Below are positions 56,016 through 64,000 of a DNA stretch of 64,000 bases, piece after piece. Below the pieces are notes generated by a model. The model saw only the letters and a program-made list of their open reading frames with translations. It ran no database searches and was not told the origin of the DNA. Position 1 is the stretch's first letter. The number at the start of each line of letters is the position of its first letter. The position numbers and the translations under genes were made by a program. Origin of the DNA: Eubacteriales bacterium (GTDB lineage: Bacteria > Bacillota > Clostridia > Oscillospirales > CAG-382); assembly GCA_045540015.1 (NCBI GenBank), contig JAZQGP010000004.1:30880-94879 (forward strand), in the 5' to 3' direction.

Positions 56016-56288
56016 ATGATTATAGGAAAAGTAACAGGCAGCATCGTATCCACACGCAAGAACGAAAACCTTGTTGGACACAAGCTTATGATAGTAGAGC
56101 CGATTTCGTCTATGTGCGGCGAAAATGGCGCGAAGAGCTTTGTTGCCATTGACAATGTAGGCGCAGGTATAGGAGAAATTGTACTTGTTGCTACGGGAAG
56201 TGCCGCAAGAATCGGTTGCGGTTTTGAAAATTCGCCCATAGATGCGGCAATTGTAGGTATCGTTGACGAAGGAAGCGGATTGGAGTGA
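56016..56288 (+). CDS. BMC-P pentamer vertex protein (EutN/PduN/CcmL family)
   Basis: 'MIIGKVTGSIVSTRKNENLVGHKLMIVEP...DNVGAG.GE.VLV', 90 aa. Confidence 0.9.
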   Translation: MIIGKVTGSIVSTRKNENLVGHKLMIVEPISSMCGENGAKSFVAIDNVGAGIGEIVLVATGSAARIGCGFENSPIDAAIVGIVDEGSGLE

Positions 56289-56301
56289 TGGGATTTTGGA
56301 A

Positions 56302-57624
56302 ATGAATAAACTTTCTCAGTTTCTTCGTGACGGCGGTGTCGTCGGAGCAGGCGGTGCAGGATTTCCCTCCTATGCAAAGCTTAACAAGGATGCTGACACT
56401 ATTATACTCAACTGCGCTGAATGTGAACCTCTTTTGAAGCTTCACAGACAGGTTATGGAGTTTCATGCAGAGGAAATAACCTTTGCTCTTGATGAAATTG
56501 CAAAGGCAGTCGAAGCACAGCGCGTTATTATTGCAATAAAACCACATTATGAAAAAGCCATTGCGGCAATTAATAAATGTTTGCCCAAATATAAAAATAT
56601 GACAATCGGTCTTTTGCCGGAGATTTATCCTGCGGGAGACGAGGTTATAACAATATATGAAACTACAGGCAGAGTAGTTCCTCCGGGAAGTCTGCCGATT
56701 TCTGTCGGAGTTACGGTTTTCAACGTTGAAACTGCGCTTAATGCGGCAAGAATGATAAATGAAAACAAGCCGGTTACATATAAATACGTCACTGTTGCGG
56801 GTGAAGTCAAAAAGCCGTGCACGTTAAAAGTTCCGCTTGGTATGACTTACGGAGAGCTTGTAGAGCTTGCAGGCGGAGAAACGTGCGAAGATGCAGTGCT
56901 TATCGCAGGCGGACCTATGACGGGTATGATTGCATATAAGTCGGATGTTGTTACTAAGACTTCAAATGCAATTCTCGTAATGCCGCCTCATCAATATATT
57001 GTTGAAAAGAGAAAAACTCCCGTAGGCATTGACCTTAAGCGTGCAATGAGTGTGTGCTGTCAGTGTATGATGTGTACCGATTTGTGTTCGAGAAATCTTC
57101 TCGGTCATCCCATTGAGCCTCACGCCTTTATGCGTGCCGCTTCTTATGCAAAGACAGAAGACACGCAGACCTTCCTTAATACAATGTTCTGTTCTTCCTG
57201 CGGACTTTGCGAGCTGTATTCCTGCGGACAGGATTTGAATCCCAGAACGCTTATAGGTATCACAAAAGGCGCTCTCAGAAAGAACGGCATTGCAATCCCG
57301 AAAGACATCGAGCAAAGCGGTGTTCACAAGCAGAGAGCTTACAGAACAGTACCCATGTCACGCCTTATTTCAAGACTCGGTCTTCGCAAATATGACGTGG
57401 AGGCTCCTTTGGATGAAAAGCTTGTCGATGCAAGGTTTGTAAAAATCAACCTTTCTCAGAGCATAGGCGCACCGAGTGTAGCGTGTGTCAGTGTTGGAGA
57501 TAAGGTTAATGTAGGCGACGTTGTGGGAAATGCTCCCGAAAAGCTCGGGGTTCCGGTTCATGCGTCGATAAACGGAGTTGTAACCGAGGTTACTGACAAG
57601 TACGTTGCCATAATGGCACAGTGA
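56302..57624 (+). CDS. PduS-like Fe-S flavoprotein (RnfC/NuoF-type SLBB + 2x[4Fe-4S])
   Basis: 'GVVGAGGAGFPSYAKL', with cluster motifs 'CCQCMMCTDLC' and 'CSSCGLCELYSC'. ATG at 56302 preferred over the TTG at 56263, which overlaps the BMC-P gene. Confidence 0.82.
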   Translation: MNKLSQFLRDGGVVGAGGAGFPSYAKLNKDADTIILNCAECEPLLKLHRQVMEFHAEEITFALDEIAKAVEAQRVIIAIKPHYEKAIAAINKCLPKYKNMTIGLLPEIYPAGDEVITIYETTGRVVPPGSLPISVGVTVFNVETALNAARMINENKPVTYKYVTVAGEVKKPCTLKVPLGMTYGELVELAGGETCEDAVLIAGGPMTGMIAYKSDVVTKTSNAILVMPPHQYIVEKRKTPVGIDLKRAMSVCCQCMMCTDLCSRNLLGHPIEPHAFMRAASYAKTEDTQTFLNTMFCSSCGLCELYSCGQDLNPRTLIGITKGALRKNGIAIPKDIEQSGVHKQRAYRTVPMSRLISRLGLRKYDVEAPLDEKLVDARFVKINLSQSIGAPSVACVSVGDKVNVGDVVGNAPEKLGVPVHASINGVVTEVTDKYVAIMAQ

Positions 57625-57635
57625 GGTGTACATAA

Positions 57636-58184
57636 ATGAGTAAAGCAATAGGAATGGTAGAATACAGAACCGTATCCTCCGGCATTACGGCGGCGGACAC
57701 TATGGTTAAGACAAGTGCCGTTGAGGTGCTTGAAGCACATGTAGTTTGTCCCGGCAAATATATTGTACTTGTTGCGGGAGAACTCAGTGCGGTTAGAGCA
57801 TCGGTTGATGCGGCGACAAGAAAAAACCCCGATATGCTTACAGACTCCTTTGTTCTGGGTAACCCCCATGAGGACATTTTCAGAGCAATCTACGGAGGCT
57901 CGCCGCTTGAAAACGCAAAGGCTCTCGGAATACTTGAAACTTTTTCCGTGCCGTCGATAATCGTTGCTGCCGACAGTGCTGCAAAAGCGGCTGAGGTTGA
58001 GCTTATCGAAATAAGATGTGCAAGAGGTATGAGCGGAAAATCATATATGCTTATTACCGGTACGGTAGCTTCCGTAACTGCGGCAATTGAGCATGCAAAG
58101 CAGAAAATTTCCGAGGAAGGAACTTTCCTTGATTCTTCGGTTATTCCCAATCCCGACCCGTCTATCTGGGACAGCATTCTTTAA
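57636..58184 (+). CDS. BMC-T tandem-domain shell protein (PduT type)
   Basis: Two BMC repeats in 182 aa. Cys at residue 38 ('HVVCPGKY'), the position I recall for the PduT pore [4Fe-4S] ligand. Confidence 0.85.
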   Translation: MSKAIGMVEYRTVSSGITAADTMVKTSAVEVLEAHVVCPGKYIVLVAGELSAVRASVDAATRKNPDMLTDSFVLGNPHEDIFRAIYGGSPLENAKALGILETFSVPSIIVAADSAAKAAEVELIEIRCARGMSGKSYMLITGTVASVTAAIEHAKQKISEEGTFLDSSVIPNPDPSIWDSIL

Positions 58185-58228
58185 AATAAGCAAATCCCCC
58201 GACAAAATACAACTTCGGTAGGTGAATT

Positions 58229-58987
58229 ATGCTTCCTATAGAAAGAAAAAACGAAATACTTGCAAAGCTTGTGGCAAGCGGCAAGGTAATTGTGAGCGAT
58301 CTGGCCGCGGAATACGAGGTAACTGAAGAAACCATACGCCGCGACCTTGACAAGCTTGAAAAGGAAGGTCTTGCAAAAAAGACCTACGGCGGTGCCGTTA
58401 AAAACGAAAATCTCAACGCAGAGCTTCCTTATAACGTAAGAAAGCAGACTAATGTTGAGGGAAAAATGTATATTGCCGAAAAGATAGGTACTCTTATCAA
58501 GGACGGTGACTACCTGCTTCTTGATGCGAGCACAACCGCGCTTTTTACGGTTAAAAACATTTCTTCGCTTCACAACATAACGCTTATAACAAATTCCATT
58601 GAGGTGCTTCTTGAAGTGCCTCACAATAACGACTGGCGTGTTATATGTACAGGCGGTGAGTTCGTGCAGAATGGGCTTGCTTTTGCAGGACGCCAGGTTG
58701 AAACTATTATTGATGAATATAATGTAGACCTCGCGGTCATCTCCTGCAAGGGACTTGATATGGCAAAGGGAATCACCGACACCCGTGACTACAACGGGCA
58801 GACCAAGAAAGCGTTTATGCGTTCGGCAAAAAAGGTTCTGCTTGCGGTTGACCACACGAAATTTGATAAGACGAGTTTTGTGCGTTTTGCGGAAATCTCC
58901 GACATTGACACGGTGGTTACGGATAAGGAGCCGAGTGAAGAGTGGAAGAACCTCTTTATAAGCAATAATGTAGACCTTTATTTTTAG
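58229..58987 (+). CDS. DeoR/GlpR-family transcriptional regulator (FucR-like class)
   Basis: N-terminal HTH 'VSDLAAEYEVTEETIRRDLDKLE' plus a sugar-phosphate-binding DeoR C-domain. Confidence 0.88.
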   Translation: MLPIERKNEILAKLVASGKVIVSDLAAEYEVTEETIRRDLDKLEKEGLAKKTYGGAVKNENLNAELPYNVRKQTNVEGKMYIAEKIGTLIKDGDYLLLDASTTALFTVKNISSLHNITLITNSIEVLLEVPHNNDWRVICTGGEFVQNGLAFAGRQVETIIDEYNVDLAVISCKGLDMAKGITDTRDYNGQTKKAFMRSAKKVLLAVDHTKFDKTSFVRFAEISDIDTVVTDKEPSEEWKNLFISNNVDLYF

Positions 58988-59007
58988 AGTTTTTTTCGGA
59001 GAATAAA

Positions 59008-60147
59008 ATGCAAAGATTTAAGCTTAAAACTGATATATATTTCGGCGATAACGCCCTTGATGTTTTAAAGACCGTCAAGGCAAAGACCGCGGTCGTTTTT
59101 ACGGATGCGTTTCTCGTCGATAACGGAACGGCAGACCGCATAAAGGGACTTCTTTCTCAGTGTGAGAAGGTTCTTATTTATTCCAAGGTAAAGCCTGACC
59201 CGCCTGTAGAGCTTGTTGCAGACGCACTTGCGTTCCTTATGGAATGCGATGCCGATGTTATAGTTGCTGTGGGAGGCGGTTCGCCTATAGATGCCGCAAA
59301 GAGTACGATTCATGTGGCTCGCAGTACAATGAATAAGAAAATACGCCTTATTGCAATTCCCACTACGAGCGGAACGGGTTCTGAGGTTACTCAGTTTGCG
59401 GTTATTACAGACACCCAGAAGGATGTGAAAATTCCGCTTGTAGATGAAGAGCTTCTTCCTGAAATGGCGATTCTTTCAAGTGAGCTTACAGCAAGCGTTC
59501 CGCCGTCTGTTACCGCAGACACAGGTTTTGACGTGCTGACACACGCTCTTGAAGCTTATATTTCAACAAATGCAAATGAGTTTTCGGATGCTCTTGCAGA
59601 AAAGTCGGTTGAGCTTTTTGCTGAGTATATGGTTCCGGCGTACAAGGACGGACACGACCTTGTTGCACGAGAGAAAATGCATACAGCTTCGTGTCTTGCA
59701 GGCATTGCCTTCAATGAAGCGGGACTCGGAGTAAACCACAGTATTGCACATGCACTGGGTGCGAATTTCCATATACCTCACGGCAGAGCAAATGCACTTT
59801 TACTACCTCATGTAATACGCTTTAACACCGAGCTTGACATTAAATTCTGTGTTAAAAATGCTTGCCCCACAGCAGATAAGCTTGAAGGGCTTGCAAGACG
59901 CCTCGGTTATCCTGCGAACAGCCCCGATATCGGTGTAAGAAACATGATACACAAGATAAAGGAATTTCAGAACTGGCTGAGCATTCCTACAACTCTCGGC
60001 GAAACGGGTGTAAAGCGAGCTGATTACGAAGCGGTAAAAGAACATATAATTGAAAGCGCTCTTTCCGATAAGTGTACAGCAACAAACCCCAGAAAAATAG
60101 ACAGAGCTGCGGTAGAAGAAATTCTGTCTAAGATAGCCAAATTCTAA
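59008..60147 (+). CDS. iron-containing (group III) alcohol dehydrogenase (FucO/PduQ/EutG-like)
   Basis: 'GGGSPIDAAK' and 'HALEAY...HSIAHALG...HG' metal ligands. 379 aa, no terminal extension. Confidence 0.88.
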   Translation: MQRFKLKTDIYFGDNALDVLKTVKAKTAVVFTDAFLVDNGTADRIKGLLSQCEKVLIYSKVKPDPPVELVADALAFLMECDADVIVAVGGGSPIDAAKSTIHVARSTMNKKIRLIAIPTTSGTGSEVTQFAVITDTQKDVKIPLVDEELLPEMAILSSELTASVPPSVTADTGFDVLTHALEAYISTNANEFSDALAEKSVELFAEYMVPAYKDGHDLVAREKMHTASCLAGIAFNEAGLGVNHSIAHALGANFHIPHGRANALLLPHVIRFNTELDIKFCVKNACPTADKLEGLARRLGYPANSPDIGVRNMIHKIKEFQNWLSIPTTLGETGVKRADYEAVKEHIIESALSDKCTATNPRKIDRAAVEEILSKIAKF

Positions 60148-60161
60148 TATTAATACTCAAA

Positions 60162-60192
60162 AACAGGCGGCGTAAAAACCGTCTGTTTTTTT
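60162..60192 (+). terminator. intrinsic terminator closing the BMC locus
   Basis: acaggcgg-cgtaaaaa-ccgtctgt followed by ttttttt. Confidence 0.75.
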
Positions 60193-60219
60193 GTTGAAAT
60201 CCTCGTCAAATGTTTTTGT

Positions 60220-60299
60220 GTCACTTTTTACAAAAAGTGACCAAGCTTCCAAAGGCGAGAAGCCTTTGGTCGCTGTCCGCAGACAGCGAAGCTTCTTGG
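60220..60299. repeat. hairpin-rich element, possible distant member F of the same family
   Basis: gtcacttttt-ac-aaaaagtgac, then a three-helix arrangement: ccaagcttc[caaaggc..gcctttg][gctgtc..gacagc]gaagcttcttgg. Confidence 0.45.
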
Positions 60300-60414
60300 C
60301 GTTAGGAAAACTCGATTATTGCAACAAATATAGCGAAAATGCACAAAAACAATGGTGCTAAATGCATGAACTTGTGCAAAAACGGGAAAAATATCCGCAA
60401 AATAATTATTTTAC

Positions 60415-60443
60415 TTGACAAAATGGGACTTGTGTTGTAAAAT
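60415..60443 (+). promoter_or_regulatory. sigma-A-type promoter of the str operon (rpsL)
   Basis: TTGACA-N17-TAAAAT. Confidence 0.65.
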
Positions 60444-60515
60444 TTAAGAGTCGCTTTATGTGTATAGGTGTGTCCTTGCGCATTTTTCGATAATATTTTT
60501 GAAAGGAGTAGCGGT

Positions 60516-60935
60516 ATGCCAACATTTAACCAGTTAGTCAGAAAAGGACGTGAACAGGCAACTTACAAGTCTAAGTCTCCTGCTCTTCAGAAGGGTCTCA
60601 ACACTCTTACAAAGAGAGCAACTGATGCAAGCTCACCTCAGAAGAGAGGCGTTTGCACAAAGGTTTCAACAAAGACTCCTAAGAAGCCTAACTCTGCTCT
60701 TCGTAAAATCGCAAGAGTTCGTCTTACAAACGGTATTGAGGTAACCTCCTATATCCCCGGAATAGGTCATAACCTCCAGGAACACTCCGTTGTTCTTATC
60801 CGTGGCGGAAGAGTTAAGGACCTGCCTGGTGTTCGTTACCACATTATTCGTGGTACTCTTGATACACAGGGTGTAGCAAAGAGAAACCAGTCCCGTTCCA
60901 AGTACGGCGCTAAGAGAGAAAAGGCTGCTAAGTAA
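60516..60935 (+). CDS. rpsL: 30S ribosomal protein S12
   Basis: '[12 protein letters not shown]...[10 protein letters not shown]'. ATG at 60516 follows GAAAGGAG. Confidence 0.97.
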   Translation: MPTFNQLVRKGREQATYKSKSPALQKGLNTLTKRATDASSPQKRGVCTKVSTKTPKKPNSALRKIARVRLTNGIEVTSYIPGIGHNLQEHSVVLIRGGRVKDLPGVRYHIIRGTLDTQGVAKRNQSRSKYGAKREKAAK

Positions 60936-61101
60936 TTTGTGCCTTTTATCTTGCCGGAGCGTATCCGGAAAAATTGGTTGGTATTTAAAGAGGTTGCCGC
61001 ACTTATCATACAGTGTGCTTTGCCTCTTGTTAAGTGCTGACGGAATATGGTAATCATTTCGAGTACCTGTGAATTCATTATTTGTGAAGGAGGGAATACA
61101 A

Positions 61102-61569
61102 GTGCCGAGAAGAGGTAACGTACCCAAGAGAGACGTACTGCCCGATCCTATGTACAATTCAAAGCTCGTAACAAAGCTTATCAACAACATCATGTACGAC
61201 GGTAAAAAGGGCGTAGCTCAGAAAATTGTCTATGATGCATTTGCAATCATAAATGAAAAAATGGGAGATCCGCTGGAGGCTTTCCAGAAGGCTCTCGAAA
61301 ACATTATGCCGGTTCTTGAGGTTAAGGCTCGCCGTGTAGGCGGTTCTACCTATCAGGTTCCGATTGAAGTAAGACCCGAAAGAAGACAGACACTCGGTCT
61401 TCGCTGGCTTACCGTTTACTCCCGCGCAAGAGGAGAAAAGAAGATGGCTGAGCGTCTTGCAGGCGAAATTATGGATGCTTGCAATGGACTCGGATCCGCT
61501 GTTAAGAAGCGTGAAGATACTCATAAGATGGCAGACGCAAACAAGGCGTTCGCACATTACAGATATTAA
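61102..61569 (+). CDS. rpsG: 30S ribosomal protein S7
   Basis: '[19 protein letters not shown]'. GTG start after GAAGGAGGG. Confidence 0.95.
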   Translation: MPRRGNVPKRDVLPDPMYNSKLVTKLINNIMYDGKKGVAQKIVYDAFAIINEKMGDPLEAFQKALENIMPVLEVKARRVGGSTYQVPIEVRPERRQTLGLRWLTVYSRARGEKKMAERLAGEIMDACNGLGSAVKKREDTHKMADANKAFAHYRY

Positions 61570-61651
61570 TCTGACACGCTTAAAACCTGTCCGCGCCTTT
61601 TGTTTAAGAGGGCTTTGCGGACAAGCTAATTAATATAAGGAGAAAAAATCC

Positions 61652-63769
61652 ATGCCGAGAAGTTGTTCACTCGAAAATACCAGAAATATTGGTATCATGG
61701 CTCATATCGACGCCGGAAAAACAACTACCACAGAGCGTATACTTTTCTACACCGGTAAGAACCACAAGATCGGTGAGACTCATGATGGTTCTGCAACTAT
61801 GGACTGGATGGAGCAGGAACAGGAAAGAGGTATTACAATTACCTCTGCTGCTACAACTTGCTTCTGGTCCGGTGAAGACAAGCAGTATGTTCCTCACAGA
61901 ATCAACATCATTGATACTCCCGGTCACGTTGACTTTACTGTTGAAGTTCAGCGTTCACTTAAGGTACTTGACGGTTCTGTAACTGTACTTTGTGCAAAGG
62001 GCGGCGTTGACCCTCAGTCTGAAACCGTATGGCGTCAGGCTGACGAATATAAAGTCCCCCGTATGGCATACGTTAACAAGATGGATATCATGGGCGCTAA
62101 CTTCTACAGAGTTGTAGATATGATGCGCGATAGACTCAAGGCTAACGCAGTGCCGATTCAGCTTCCTATCGGAGCTGAAGAAACATTTACAGGTATCATT
62201 GACCTTGTTCTTATGAAAGCGTTTATCTTTACAAACGACCTCGGAACAGATATCAAGGTTGAAGAAATACCAGCAGATATGAAGGATAAGGCTGAAGAAT
62301 ACAGAGCAGCTCTTATTGAGCATGTCGCCGAGACTGACGAAGCACTCCTTGAAAAGTACATGGAGGGTGAAGAATTCACCATCGATGAAATAAAGGCTGC
62401 TATCAGAAAGTCTACAATCGCTAACACCATGGTTCCCGTTGTTTGCGGAACCTCCTACAAGAACAAGGGCGTTCAGAAGCTCCTCGATGCTATCGTTGAC
62501 TATATGCCGTCTCCTCTTGATGTTCCTGCTGTAAAGGGTGTTGACCCCAGAAAGCCCGATGATGCAGAGGATAACGAAATTGTACGTCATTCGACAGACG
62601 ATGAGCCTTTCGCAGCTCTTGCATTCAAGATTGCAACAGACCCCTTCATCGGCCGTCTCTGCTTTATCCGTGTATATTCGGGTACCCTTACAAGCGGTAC
62701 AACCGTTTATAACGCTAATAAGAACGGACGTGAAAGACTCGGTCGTATCGTGCTTATGCACGCTAACCACCGTGAAGACGTAGATCAGATTTACGCAGGT
62801 GATATCGCAGCTGTTATCGGTGTTAAGAATACTACCACAGGTGACACTCTCTGCGACGAAAACAACCCCGTAGTTCTCGAATCTATGGTATTCCCGGAAC
62901 CCGTTATCCGTGTTGCTATTGAGCCCAAAACCAAGGCAGGTCAGGAAAAGATGGGCCTTGCACTTGCAAAGCTTGCTGAAGAAGACCCGACTTTCAAGAC
63001 CTATACTGATGAGGAAACAGGTCAGACAATTATTGCAGGTATGGGTGAGCTTCACCTCGAAATCATCGTAGACAGACTTCTCCGTGAGTTCAAGGTTGAA
63101 GCAAATGTAGGTCAGCCTCAGGTTGCTTATAAGGAAGCAATTACAAGAAGTGCTGATGTTGATAAGAAGTACGCACGTCAGTCCGGTGGTAAAGGTCAGT
63201 ACGGTCATGTTAAGATTACCGTTGAGCCTAACGAACCCGGTGCAGGATATACCTTTGTAAACAAGGTTGTCGGCGGTGCTATTCCCAAGGAATACATTCC
63301 TGCTGTTGATGCAGGTATCCAGGGTGCTCTGAACTCCGGTGTACTTGCAGGCTATCCTGTTGTTGACGTTAAGGTTACACTTTACGACGGTTCGTATCAC
63401 GAAGTCGACTCTTCCGAAATGGCGTTCAAGATTGCAGGTTCTATGGCAATCAAGGAAGCTCTCGAAAAGGCTGGCTCTGTTCTTACCGAGCCGATTATGA
63501 AGGTTACGGTTATTGTTCCCGATGATTACATGGGCGATGTAATCGGTGACCTCAACTCCCGTCGTGGTCAGATTCAGGGTATGGATCCTGTTTCGGGCGC
63601 ACAGCAGATCAACTCTTTTGTTCCGCTCGCTAACATGTTTGGTTACGCTACAGACCTTCGTTCCAAGACCCAGGGTCGTGGACAGTATGTAATGGAACCC
63701 AGCCACTACGAGCAGGTGCCTAAGAACATTTCTGATACCATTATCGCTCAGAAGGGCAAGCGCCAGTAA
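61652..63769 (+). CDS. fusA: translation elongation factor G
   Basis: '[20 protein letters not shown]', 'DTPGHVDF', 705 aa. Confidence 0.97.
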   Translation: MPRSCSLENTRNIGIMAHIDAGKTTTTERILFYTGKNHKIGETHDGSATMDWMEQEQERGITITSAATTCFWSGEDKQYVPHRINIIDTPGHVDFTVEVQRSLKVLDGSVTVLCAKGGVDPQSETVWRQADEYKVPRMAYVNKMDIMGANFYRVVDMMRDRLKANAVPIQLPIGAEETFTGIIDLVLMKAFIFTNDLGTDIKVEEIPADMKDKAEEYRAALIEHVAETDEALLEKYMEGEEFTIDEIKAAIRKSTIANTMVPVVCGTSYKNKGVQKLLDAIVDYMPSPLDVPAVKGVDPRKPDDAEDNEIVRHSTDDEPFAALAFKIATDPFIGRLCFIRVYSGTLTSGTTVYNANKNGRERLGRIVLMHANHREDVDQIYAGDIAAVIGVKNTTTGDTLCDENNPVVLESMVFPEPVIRVAIEPKTKAGQEKMGLALAKLAEEDPTFKTYTDEETGQTIIAGMGELHLEIIVDRLLREFKVEANVGQPQVAYKEAITRSADVDKKYARQSGGKGQYGHVKITVEPNEPGAGYTFVNKVVGGAIPKEYIPAVDAGIQGALNSGVLAGYPVVDVKVTLYDGSYHEVDSSEMAFKIAGSMAIKEALEKAGSVLTEPIMKVTVIVPDDYMGDVIGDLNSRRGQIQGMDPVSGAQQINSFVPLANMFGYATDLRSKTQGRGQYVMEPSHYEQVPKNISDTIIAQKGKRQ

Positions 63770-63818
63770 AAAAAGCGCGTCAATATTGAATAATGTGTAA
63801 ATTATTACCCATTTTATA

Positions 63819-63846
63819 TTGACACTAACTGTAGATTTGGTATAAT
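63819..63846 (+). promoter_or_regulatory. internal promoter upstream of tuf
   Basis: TTGACA-N16-TATAAT with a TGn extended -10. Confidence 0.6.
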
Positions 63847-63857
63847 CTTATTTGTAA

Positions 63858-64000
<143 letters not shown>

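Noticed and set aside
61955-63706. 583-aa ORF antisense to fusA.
   Set aside because: It lies wholly inside a highly conserved EF-G gene on the opposite strand. The sequence is low-complexity and Cys/Asn-rich with no motifs. This is the classic shadow ORF of a gene with strong codon bias.

Overview
This is a 64-kb chromosomal window from a low-to-moderate GC Firmicute, judged Clostridia-like from protein families and strong GGAGG-type ribosome-binding sites. I call 58 protein-coding genes. I found no rRNA, tRNA, CRISPR array, transposase, integrase or phage genes.

Left 43 kb: 30 of 34 genes are on the minus strand.
- Partial sensor kinase, dxr, a GH28-like protein and a type IIA topoisomerase A subunit.
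- dnaN, preceded by a DnaA-box / DnaA-trio / AT-rich origin-type module, but with no adjacent dnaA.
- DHHW protein, Fur-family regulator, lipid kinase, a lipoprotein, DUF362, and an aminotransferase with an Lrp regulator.
- A small plus/minus carbohydrate island: SGNH esterase, three tandem AraC paralogues, a transaldolase-family protein, GH2, GH172/DUF2961 and a fourth AraC.
- An ABC exporter behind a terminator/antiterminator leader, then a DMT transporter, radical SAM/SPASM protein, pgeF, recR, GT4, gdpP plus yybS-like, polA, rbgA, ruvB, ruvA, a DUF3298 lipoprotein and a G5-M23 peptidase.

Right 21 kb: all 24 genes are on the plus strand.
- TIM-barrel sugar-phosphate isomerase, an SDR, two unknowns, trkA-trkH and a HAD hydrolase.
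- A 9.5-kb bacterial microcompartment (BMC) locus.
- rpsL-rpsG-fusA and the start of tuf.

Main points of interest:
1. The BMC locus has a full shell kit, an aldolase, two alcohol dehydrogenases, PduS/PduT-like proteins, EutP, a DeoR regulator and an orphan glycyl-radical activase. It has no glycyl radical enzyme, no aldehyde dehydrogenase and no phosphotransacylase. Three cargo candidates carry encapsulation-peptide-like helices.
2. A hairpin-rich, modular (mosaic) intergenic repeat family fills at least six intergenic gaps. Its stems show compensatory changes.
3. A textbook tandem DnaA-box + (TAG)n trio + AT-rich module sits upstream of an orphan dnaN. This conflicts with the coding-strand switch at about 43 kb.
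4. The ABC exporter has a riboswitch-like leader of unassigned class.
5. A perfect 18-bp palindrome occurs twice, bracketing the M23 peptidase gene.

All calls rest on reading the sequence and ORF translations by eye. No database search was run.
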